A stretch of DNA of 64,000 nt. Origin: Eledone cirrhosa (Eukaryota). The notes under the pieces are model-generated. The model was not told the DNA's origin and did no database searches. It saw only the letters and a list, made by a program, of their open reading frames with translations. Below are positions 53,896 through 64,000 of the stretch, one piece after another. The stretch covers positions 103,974,001-104,038,000 of the forward strand of contig OZ024742.1 in NCBI GenBank assembly GCA_964016885.1. Reading direction: 5' to 3'. A program made the translations under genes and the position numbers. Position 1 is the stretch's first letter, and the number at the start of each line of letters is the position of its first letter.

Positions 53896-56574
53896 CCGTT
53901 TTATGTCTGTTCTTCCATGCTAGCATGGGTTAGACGGGTTGTCCTATTATGGGAAGTGTCCAGTTGGCTGACCTTGTCTTGCTCATACAGGAACTGATTC
54001 TGGCTTGATTTCTACAGCTGGATGTCCTTCCTAACACCAACCTCATTTACAGTGAGTGCTGGGTGCTTTTTTTTTCATGGTGCCTACATGTTCACTTTAC
54101 AGTGTGATCTGGGTACTTTTTTGCTGTGGCACCTTCACAACCACTTTGCAGTGGAATGATAGGGACCCCAGTCCCCATCATCTCATTTCTACAGCTGAGT
54201 AAACTGGAGCGATGTGAAATAAAGTGTCTTGCTTTGTGGAGTTGAAATCCTGCTGACTTATGCTTTGAATTTCATTGTTCCAAAGATACATCATGGAGTC
54301 ATTTGTCTCAGTGATAATCACATAGGTGTAAAGTTTGTTATCTCTCTAACCTTATACACCCACTTCCATCACTGCCCCCACAGCTTGACCAAGGCTACAA
54401 TAAGCACTCCAGTGTCCTAGTGCGGTAGTGCTGGATCCCCAATAAATTACTTCCAGCTCACTCTGTAAGATGTTAGTGGTGATACCATGATTTAAAAAAT
54501 CACCTAGTCCACTCTATAAAGTGGTAGTGTTGGTGCCATGATAAAATGGTTTCAGTACAAGTGGTTGGAAATGTATCCAGCCATAGAAACCTTGCCAAAA
54601 ATGGAACATATGAGCAAGACTTGATCATCTTACCTGACTAGCCTTAGAATGTGACAATTCATCTCACCCATACAAGCACAGAAAATAGACGTTAAATGAG
54701 GATGATGATGATAATGAAGCAATATAAATTGATCTCTTGGTTTCAACAATGAGTAATCTATTTTTTTTTATCAACTGAACATCTTATTCATTTGAAAACT
54801 TTATCAAATATTTTGTCTTTTTAGATTAAACATACAGAAATAAAGAGAACAACTTTTGATGTTGCTTAGTCCTAGATTAGCCATATGATTAAAAACGTTC
54901 CAATTGTTACCATTCCATCTTTTTTTCCAAAATTATCCAATTTGTATTTTTCCCTTTTGTAGAGACAGTAAAGTATAATTTGAGAAAGATTTGACTGTTA
55001 TTTCTAGCATGTTGAACGACTGTGGAGAGGCTTCCTTGTTGGTTTGAGAGAATCATAGTCATGTTGTGGGCTTAAACCAATCTATATAAATCCCTCTCTA
55101 ACAAATCCCCGAATTTGTCTTCACGAAGGGAAGTCTTTTCAGTCATTTATGAAGACATCTTTCTTCACATTTAAGACAGTTATATATATGGTGCTGTAAC
55201 TCCTAAGGGAGTCATAGGGGCATTGTATTGACATGCATCATTTTTAGGGCATTTTAAAACCTGGTGGAACTCATCTCCTCTCCAGGTCTGAATACAGCAA
55301 ATTTCTTCCAAAGAAGGATAGAGAGTGAAAGAATGGAAGTGAAGAAGAGATACAGAGGAAGAATCAACCCCAGTATTAGACTGGTACTTTTTTTTATCAG
55401 CCTTGAATGAATGAAAAGCAAAGTTGACCTCGATAGGATTTAAACTCAGAGAGCAAAGAGCTGAAAGTAATACCACAAAGCATTTTATCTGATGCTCTAA
55501 CGACTCTGCCAATTTGCCACCTATTTAAGACAATTAACATTGTTTACATGCCACTCTGTTGAAGAACCTCTATTCAAAAACGTAAAATAATCCCCCCTCC
55601 TCATAGCAAACTAATTTATTTCATTTTATTGTTGAAAAGTGTATGTGTGGGAGGGAGAGTGAGAGTGAGAGAGAGAGGGAGAGAAGGGAGAGAGAGAAAT
55701 TTGACGGAAATTAGTTTTAGAATATATCAAAAATGTGTGGCTATCTGAGATAAAGAATCCAGAATCCTCATTACTGTACACTGATATATTCATGCAAATG
55801 TCCTCATTATGGTTGTTATAATCACAATGTTTTGGTCACTGTGCTGGAGAAGACCAAAAGACTGTGACCAGTTTCAATGAGTGTTCCAGTTGTTTGATGA
55901 ATGAATCAGCATGCTCATGAAATTAACATGTAAGTGGCTGAGCATTACACAAACCATGTGTACCCTTAATGTAATTTTCCAAGAGATCCAGCACGGCATT
56001 GCGTAATAAGGCTTGCCTTTTGAATTACAATCCATCCAACAGGCTTCCAAACACTTTCCATCTAATCAATTTCACTCACAAAGCATAGCTTGACACAAGA
56101 CTATGGTATATGACACTTGCCCACGATGCCACATAGTGGGATTGAACACAGGACTTAATTATTGCAAAGCAAATCTTTTAACCACTGTAACTATAACAAT
56201 TAAGATATATATACTTCTTCTTGAGTCATCCTTCCATCAAAGGTGAAGCAATTTGCTTTTTCTAATGGCTAGAATATATATGGCTTGCTACATCTACATT
56301 TTCATAGATTTCTCCACTAACTGGAGCAGACATGCCAAACCATTGTTGAATTAATAGTCAATCATCTGTGAAGCTACTGGTGTTTATGACACTAAGGTCA
56401 TCTAATTAAACTGATGATAGTCGTAAAAGCTATTGCTAGATATGCAAGATTGTTATTGAGGCTTACCTTTCTAGATCCAATCTGTTCTACTAGACTATCC
56501 TATGATAGCCATATCAGAGGCACCTTGAGTAGGATGTGGCTTTTCACCAAATGAATCAGTGTATAATCTTCTTT

Positions 56575-56730
56575 TTCTTCACCCACTTATACCAGAGAGG
56601 GTCATGGGGGCAGAGTCCTCAAACACTCCTTCCAGTGGGTCCTGTCAGAAACAACCGTCTCCAACTGATCCAGCTGGATCCCCAAGCGTTATCAGCCAAG
56701 CTCATGGATGTTATCCAACCATCTTGCTAA
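56575..56730 (-). mobile_element. CRE-like element 3' end
   Basis: Shares GAGAGGGTC..GCAG.GTCCTCAAAC and CTGATCCAGCTGGATCCCCAAG with 2415-2550. Confidence 0.7.
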
Positions 56731-56864
56731 AAGTCTACCCCTGGGTCTCCTGTTGGTTGGTTTTGCCTGTAAAATCTGTCCAGCAATTCTTAATGAAACT
56801 AGAAATATTTTCTAATATTTGTAGAATTTGTATTTTTCTAAAATCGGTGTTTACTCTTTTTCAG

Positions 56865-56907
56865 GAATATATTTCCAGATAATTTAATGGTGGCCTTTTT
56901 TAAAAGA
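56865..56907 (+). CDS. SLC1A: SLC1/EAAT transporter, 43-bp micro-exon
   Basis: TTTTTCAG|G acceptor, encodes (R)NIFPDNLMVAFFKR (compare EAAT RNMFPxNLVxACFKQ), GTAAGT donor; phase matches both neighbours. Confidence 0.92.
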
Positions 56908-59700
56908 GTAAGTAGTATCACATATTATAAAATTGGTTCTTGTCATTCAGCCCAAGGTGAACTCTGATAGAGTAGTTACAAGTAAATTCCACCCTAGAAA
57001 ATTCCCCCTCAAAGATTCTACCCCAGAAAACTCCTCTTCGAACATTCCACCCTGAAAATTCCTCTCTCCACAAAAATAGTTTCTATAATTTGAATAAAAT
57101 AAATAACTGCAACCAACATTTTAAAGATTTATTAAAATCAAAGAAAATAATTAATCTATTCAAGTCTATCTCCCTATGATCAAAACATTATCATTGACAT
57201 GAAGTTAACTGACTGCATACTTTAAAATGTTAATTTTGTGCAAACTCATTTAGTTCGTATGCAGTGAACATTTTCAAGGGGAGTAATTTTTATAAGGTAA
57301 AATTTTTTAGGGTGGAATTTTCCGAGTGGAATTCTCTGTGGAAAAATTTTCCAGTCACCAACAGAGCAGACCCATGAGTAAAGTCAGTAGTTGAGCAATG
57401 AAATAAATGTTTTCATGTTTAATGTATTTAGTTAAAGCTACATGGAGGTGGGACGGTGTATTTGCAGATTTGTTAGAGTGTTGGACATGTCTAGCAATAT
57501 TTGTTCTAATTCTATACATTCTGAATTCAAATCCTGCTAAGAATAACACTACCTTATCACTAAAAAACTTTAGCAGTCAAGTACATGGAGTCAATTTTAT
57601 TGACTTCCAATCTGTGCCAACATACAATGTCTTAGGAAGGTACAATAGATTCAAATTCCCACCCACCAGTGGGGTTTGATGACAGGTGAAGTGACATACT
57701 AGCTGAAATATACTGACATTACATTGATATTATCTATCTGTAACAACCTATATTGCCAAAACAACACATACACCCACACACATTCTATCATTCCCTTACA
57801 CACATGCACTCTCTCTAAAAGCAAATTATTAAAATTGACAGCATGTAAGAAAAATATGTATTTAAGCCATATGGGCATAAAATATGTATAGTAATATATT
57901 GTTGTAAATTCAATTGTTTGATATTTTTACCAAGAAAGTTAGTTTTATCATTATGTAAAGAAAAAAAACATCATGCTGGTGTTGTAGTTATTTAACTCCA
58001 TGTCAAACTGGATCCAGTAGCACCTATGATCAAAGGTAAGCCAACCCAACTGTGAACATTTCATTTTGTTTTCAGACATAATATATTTTGGACTACATTG
58101 TTTAGTGTAACTTTTTCTTTAACCCTTTCATTACTGTATATCTAATGAAATACACAGTATTTGAATTAATTAATTAATTAAGAATTTGGATAGATGTACT
58201 ACAATTATTAACTATTTCATTACTAAAATACTACTTGTAATATAACTTAATAAAAGGTTCTTATATGAGAGTGGTCTGAAAAGTTCATAGGCTGACTATG
58301 AAGGAGTGATAATAGAATTGGGAAATCTTGCATGCATACATTTCAACTCTTCTTATTAATAACTGAATTGTTTCTTTCCGGGGACTATATTAAAAAATAA
58401 ACCTTATTTGGTCATTCTATGAGAGTATCTTGGTCAGCCTATGAATCTTTCAGCTGACCCTCATATTAAATTATGTTTGAAGGTTTTTATTTATGTCGGA
58501 ACACTTTGAAATGGGTGGATTTTTTTTCACAGAAACAGGCAGTTTTGGGTGTGTTGGTATCAAAAGGGGGTAAACAAGCCAAGAGATTGTATAGAAGCCC
58601 TCCTATTTTTCTCAAAAGTAGGGGGTCAATTAGGCAGAAACATTAGAGCATTAGATATTTGCTCTGGTTTCTGTGTTCTGAGTTCAAATCCTGCTGAGGT
58701 CCACTTTGTCTTTCATACTTTTGGGGTTGATAAAGAAAGTACCAGCCCAGTGCTGGCATAGCCCTCTTTCCTTACACTTGTGTCACATCCTGGATGTTCC
58801 ACTGGATCATAAGAAGGTTGAGAGGGTGTCTGTGTCTGCTCAAGATCCCATTGGCCCCTAAAACCCTTAGTGAAAACAAGTCATACTCGATTGTGAGTGA
58901 TGGCTGTCGTAGTTTTTTTTTATACAATGCCCTGTGCATAATGAAGTGATTATATTAAGGTGTATATTTTAGGATTGATATAATGTACTGTGCCCTTCTT
59001 CATTATTTGCGACCATGTATCAATGCTGTTTCTGTTGTTCAGCCATAAGTCAGTCCTGATATGGCACACCTATAATCATTGGAATTCTAGTCATGATCAT
59101 GATCATTATTTAACATCCATTTTCCCTGCTGCAGATCTCTTAGGCCGTGGGTTGCATCGTGCTCACATACATTCCTACACTCTACATGATAAAATGCAAC
59201 CAGTACACTCCTTAACCCTGTAGCATTTAAACTCTCACCTCTTTTTGTTCAAACCGGCCATAACTGGCTGCTCATACTTATGTTAAGGTATTGTTCTCAA
59301 AATAAATAATATCAAAATCTCGTAGATTCAATATTATGTGAGATAAAGTGTTTACCATGAAAATACAATAGAAAATATTGAGTAATGTAAATGTTGAAGG
59401 GTTAAAGTGGAAGTGTTGGTGCCATGATAAAATGCACCCAATACACTCTGTAATGTTGCATGCTGGTGCCACAATAAAATACACCCAGTACATTCTGCAA
59501 ACTTGTTAGCACTATGGAGGAGATTCCAGCTGCAGAAACCATGCCAAAATAGAATATATAGGGAAAGGCGTGATTATCTGGCTTGTTTAATCTCTGGATA
59601 TAACAACCCGTTCAACTCATGCCAACATGGAAAATGAACGTAAAATGATGATGAGGTGGATGGTGGTGATGTGCAAATTTATTCTACTTTTTACCAACAG

Positions 59701-59965
59701 TTCAGGACAGAACAACTGGAAGTGACTAATAACAATAGCAGCAACAACAACAACCATACTAAGGCTACTTTTGGTACTACAGGAGCTAGTATAGTATCAG
59801 CACAGTCTTGGAGTCAGTCTCACATGACTATTACCACTACTGTACCTGAAGATGTCTCCAATGGAACTAGCACCAATAACACAAACACCAACATTAACAA
59901 CAAACAAGAGGAACCAAATACAGAGAATATGTATATAACAACCTCAGTTATGGATGCTTTACAAG
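59701..59965 (+). CDS. SLC1A: SLC1/EAAT transporter, exon encoding the large extracellular loop
   Basis: Acceptor TTTTTACCAACAG|, starts FRT (compare FKQ|FKT), N/T/S-rich with N-x-S/T sequons, ends VMDALQG|GTAAAT. Confidence 0.75.
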
Positions 59966-60419
59966 GTAAATCAGAGCTATTATATTTACTCCATTTTCCT
60001 TGCTTTTTTACTCCCTCTCTTCTACTTCCCCTCTTCATCTCCACTTCACTTCTTTCTCTCTCCCATTCTTCATCTGTCGTTCTTTCACACTGATAGACTA
60101 TAAATTGGCAGTTGATAAAACATGAGATAGAATGCTTTGTAGTAGTCATTCCAGCTCTGTGTTCTGAGTTCAAATCCTGCCAATATTCATCTTGTACTAA
60201 GGATTCTGTATGGTCTGGCATGGGAGGAGAGCACAGGAACTTGTGACTGGAAAGCAAACTTCTTATTGTAGCAACACGACTGAGATAAATGTATTGTGTG
60301 TATGTGTGTGTAAATTTTAAAAATTGACAGATGTATACATATCATCATCATCATCGTTTAACGTCCATCTTCGATGCTAATATATATATATATATATATA
60401 ATTATATATAAAAAATGTC

Positions 60420-60890
60420 AGTACACTGACCTCACCATTCTTGCTCTTGTATTGGCATATAAACAGAACGTTCTCAGATTTACATTTCTTGTATTCAGCC
60501 TTGTAGAGCGATAAAACTATTTGCTAGTTATTTGACTATAAGCCAGCCATTAATTGCTCATATACATAAAACTGACTGGCCTGTCTGCTAATATGTAAAT
60601 CTGATTGATCAGACTATCTGCTAATATGCAGATCTGATTGATCAGGCTGTCTGCTAATATGAAAATATGAAACAGTGTACAGTACTGATGAAGGGTAATA
60701 ACCAAGAAACATTAGTGTTTGCTGTTCTGTTTATATGCCAACACAAGAGCAAGAATGACAGAGTCATTCTACTGATATGGTTTCAAGAGGCTGTTTGCAT
60801 AATTGCAAACAAATCGAATATTACTATTAATATTAAAAAAACTCAGATTTACATTTCTTGTATTCAACCATGTAGAGGGATAAAACTATG
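60420..60890 (+). mobile_element. pLTR-like element: terminal direct repeat, short inverted 5' piece and degenerate hammerhead
   Basis: 60473-60520 repeats at 60842-60889; 60436-60469 is inverted at 60724-60757; CTGATGAAGGGTAATAACCAAGAAAC at 60685. Confidence 0.55.
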
Positions 60891-60931
60891 TGTTATATAT
60901 ATATATATATATATATACATACATGTTTGTC

Positions 60932-60989
<58 letters not shown>

Positions 60990-61008
60990 GATATATATAT
61001 ATATATAT

Positions 61009-64000
61009 AACACGTGAAGCGCCAACCCAGAGACCCTCCCCTACGAGTGTCGACAAATGCCCAAAACTCCGAGTTGGTACCATCAATGTAGGCTCAATGA
61101 AAGGAAGAGCAGGAGAAATCGTAGAAATGCTAGAGCGAAAGGAAGTTGATGTATGCTGTGTGCAAGAGACTAGATGGAGAGGAGGGTCTGCTAGAGTCCT
61201 TGTAGGAAAAAGCCAGTGCTACAAATTTTTCTGGGTGGGAAATGACGATGGGATGGGTGGTGTAGGTATACTATTAGCTGACAAGTGGGTAGATAAAGTA
61301 ATCTCAGTGTACAGGGTAAATGCAAGAATCATTAAACTTAGACTAGTCCTGAATAAGACAATTACCACAATAATATCAGCTTACGCACCCCAATCGGGGC
61401 TGCCAGACGAACTTAAGGATAGGTTTTACGAGTCCCTAATACACACTACTGCTCTAACAGACGACAAGGACTTCCTAATCATTGCAGGAGATTTTAACGG
61501 ACACGTAGGTAAACACTGCGACGGCTTCAATAGAGTACATGGAGGCCATGGAGTTGGCACAAGGAATGAGGAAGGATTCAGACTTCTAGAATTCTGTGAC
61601 GCCAATGACATGTCGATATGTAACACAAACTTTAAAAAACCCGACAACCACCTGATCACCTATAGATCAGGGGAGCACTCTAGTCAGTTAGATTTTATCC
61701 TCATCAGAGGACGTGACAGATGGACGGTCGTAAACACAAAAGCCTTCCCTAGTGAGGAATGTACATCCCAACATAGCTTAGTTGTCAGCGACCTCACGGT
61801 CAGAACTAGACGAGCCCTGAAACAGAGGCCAACCTGGAGAAGAAAGATCTGGAAGCTGAAAGTCCCCTCAACCAGTAACAGATTTAAAGATATTTTACTC
61901 AACGCCTACGACAGTAAAGAAGAACAGATAGAGACATTTAACGTAGAAGAGAACTGGGAGTTCCTAAAAAATAACTTACTAGAGGCGACGGATGAGGTTT
62001 GTGGCTGGAGTAAGACCTCAAGCAGGAGGAGAGTGACTTGGTGGTGGAACAATAAGGTAGATGAAGCAGTCAAGGCCAAGAGACAGGCATGGAAAGAATG
62101 GAAGAACGGGGGGAGCAGGGTACATTACATAGAGACCAAGAGGGAAGCTAGGCGACAAGTATACTTAGCTAGGAGGGAAGCAGAGGATAGAAAATTCAAG
62201 CATGTTTTACAACGTGAGGACCAGAAACAGGAGGTATTCAAGATTGCGAGGCAGTGTGTCAGAGATAGTTGTGATGTCATTGGAGAGAAGTGTATCCGGA
62301 ATGATAAAGGTGAGCTTGCCCTCACAAGTGCTGAGAAGAAAGATGCATGGAAGAGTCATTATGATAGATTACTAAATGAGGAGAATGCATGGGAAGAAGA
62401 GACCCTACCCCACGTAGACCCTATAGAGGGACCAGCAGTACAAGTCAGCGGCAGCGTAGTAAGTAAGGCAATCAGAGATATGAAGATAGGGAAGGCAACC
62501 GGTCCATCGGGTATAGCTGCCGAGATGCTGAAGGCATCTGGGTCTGTAGGTCACACTATAACCACACGTATCGTTAACCAGGTAATACTAGAGGGGGCCA
62601 TACCAAAAGATTGGTGCAGTAGCATCATTGTCAACTGCTACAAAGGTAAAGGCGATGCACTAGATAGAGGAAACTATAGAGGTATAAAGTTGATGGACCA
62701 GGTCATGAAAGTAACAGAAAGAGTTATAGCACAGCTGATTAGGGACCGGGTGAATATAGACGAGATGCAATTTGGGTTTGTACCAGGGAAAGGCACCACT
62801 GATGCCCTCTTCCTTGTGAGGCAATTACAGGAAAAGTACCTAGCTAAAAGTAAGCCACTCTACTTGGCATTTGTCGACCTTGAGAAAGCCTTTGACAGAG
62901 TTCCACGTGCAGTAATCTGGTGGGCTCTTAGAAAACTAGGAGTAGATGAATGGCTTGTGAAAGCGGTACAAGCCATGTATAGGGGAGCAGTCAGCAAAGT
63001 TAGGATTGGCAATGAGTATAGCGAGGAATTTAGCGTACAGGTTGGGGTCCACCAGGGCTCTGTTCTTAGCCCTCTCCTGTTCATCATAGTCCTGCAGGCA
63101 ATAACGGAGGAGTTTAAGACCGGATGCCCATGGGAACTCCTGTATGCTGATGACCTCGCACTCATAGCTGAATCTATGGTAGAACTAGAGAATAAATTCC
63201 AAACCTGGAAGCAGGGACTAGAGAGAAAGGGCCTCAAAGTCAACATGACAAAGACTAAGGTCCTTGTAAGTAGACGAGAAAACAGAACCCAGATCCCCTC
63301 AGGGAAATGGCCTTGCTCAGTATGTAGGAAAGGTGTAGGTAGAAACTCCATTCTTTGCCCCAAATGCAAACAATGGGTACACAAGAGATGTAGCGGGATC
63401 TCAGGAAGCTTAATTAAGAATGTAGGATTCACATGCAGCAGCTGTGCTGAAACAGCAAGCAAACAGCCACAGGAAACAAGTACCACCAATCTCTGGGAGG
63501 GCCCTGTAGAAACAGTAGACAGCTTCTGCTACCTAGGTGACCGAATTAGCAACGGAGGTGGGTGCTCAGAAAGTACAATAACTAGGGTAAGAACGGGATG
63601 GAAGAAGTTTAGGGAACTACTACCACTGCTAGCTGCAAAAGGCTTCTCCCTCAGAATGAAAGGCAGACTGTATGATGCGTGTATCCGAACAGCGATGTTG
63701 CATGGTAGTGAGACCTGGGCGCTGAAGGTGGAAGACTTACGTAGATTAGAGAGAAACGAAGCCTGCATGCTCCGATGGATGTGTAACAGTAATATACGTG
63801 AACGACAAAGCATAAAGGAATTGAGAGAGAGACTGAGCATAAGAGGAATCAAATGCTGCGTGCAGGAGAGGCGGTTACGCTGGTATGGACATGTGATGCG
63901 TATGAAGGATGACAGCTGCATAAAAAGGTGCAGAGCACTAGAAGTTGATGGAAACCGCGGAGTGGGGAGACCCAAGATGACTTGGGATGAGGTGATAAAA
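61009..64000 (+). mobile_element. Young RTE LINE inserted in (TA)n, intronic, same sense as the host gene
   Basis: All APE and RT motifs are present; the element extends beyond the window. Confidence 0.95.
61097..64000 (+). CDS. RTE polyprotein (APE-RT-PHD-like finger), open frame, 3' partial
   Basis: Manual translation found no stop in 968 codons from ATG 61097 to the window end; probably absent from the ORF track because it has no stop in the window. Confidence 0.85.
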   Translation, partial: MKGRAGEIVEMLERKEVDVCCVQETRWRGGSARVLVGKSQCYKFFWVGNDDGMGGVGILLADKWVDKVISVYRVNARIIKLRLVLNKTITTIISAYAPQSGLPDELKDRFYESLIHTTALTDDKDFLIIAGDFNGHVGKHCDGFNRVHGGHGVGTRNEEGFRLLEFCDANDMSICNTNFKKPDNHLITYRSGEHSSQLDFILIRGRDRWTVVNTKAFPSEECTSQHSLVVSDLTVRTRRALKQRPTWRRKIWKLKVPSTSNRFKDILLNAYDSKEEQIETFNVEENWEFLKNNLLEATDEVCGWSKTSSRRRVTWWWNNKVDEAVKAKRQAWKEWKNGGSRVHYIETKREARRQVYLARREAEDRKFKHVLQREDQKQEVFKIARQCVRDSCDVIGEKCIRNDKGELALTSAEKKDAWKSHYDRLLNEENAWEEETLPHVDPIEGPAVQVSGSVVSKAIRDMKIGKATGPSGIAAEMLKASGSVGHTITTRIVNQVILEGAIPKDWCSSIIVNCYKGKGDALDRGNYRGIKLMDQVMKVTERVIAQLIRDRVNIDEMQFGFVPGKGTTDALFLVRQLQEKYLAKSKPLYLAFVDLEKAFDRVPRAVIWWALRKLGVDEWLVKAVQAMYRGAVSKVRIGNEYSEEFSVQVGVHQGSVLSPLLFIIVLQAITEEFKTGCPWELLYADDLALIAESMVELENKFQTWKQGLERKGLKVNMTKTKVLVSRRENRTQIPSGKWPCSVCRKGVGRNSILCPKCKQWVHKRCSGISGSLIKNVGFTCSSCAETASKQPQETSTTNLWEGPVETVDSFCYLGDRISNGGGCSESTITRVRTGWKKFRELLPLLAAKGFSLRMKGRLYDACIRTAMLHGSETWALKVEDLRRLERNEACMLRWMCNSNIRERQSIKELRERLSIRGIKCCVQERRLRWYGHVMRMKDDSCIKRCRALEVDGNRGVGRPKMTWDEVIK

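Noticed and set aside
59656-60093. 145-aa ORF as a standalone gene
   Set aside because: Only 59701-59965 is bounded by splice sites; the rest is intron.
61426-63975. Minus-strand ORFs over the LINEs (also 12512-15427)
   Set aside because: Antisense shadows of the RTE coding frame.

Overview
AT-rich, repeat-dense animal genomic DNA. The repeat repertoire resembles an octopod cephalopod, which is an inference. The one host gene is a + strand SLC1/EAAT-family (glutamate/neutral amino acid) transporter. Three coding exons are visible: 32856-34474, a 43-bp micro-exon at 56865-56907, and 59701-59965. The gene continues past the window and has an unusually long (~410 aa) acidic N-terminus. Most of the rest is transposon-derived: RTE-clade LINEs (one near full-length copy interrupted by a solo LTR, one with an uninterrupted ~970-codon ORF running off the window end) carrying a C4HC3 PHD-like finger inside the RT C-terminus; relics of CRE, R4-like and CR1 LINEs and a Tigger transposase; two non-autonomous Helitrons; hAT, mariner and piggyBac-like MITEs; tRNA-derived SINEs; and mini/microsatellites. 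The most striking hidden signal is a ~429-bp tandem-plus-inverted repeat (8921-10147) with three minimal type I hammerhead ribozymes with a palindromic stem III, resembling retrozymes or Penelope pLTRs. Further hammerhead-like elements and several long fold-back inverted duplications also occur. All calls come from reading by eye; no database search was run.
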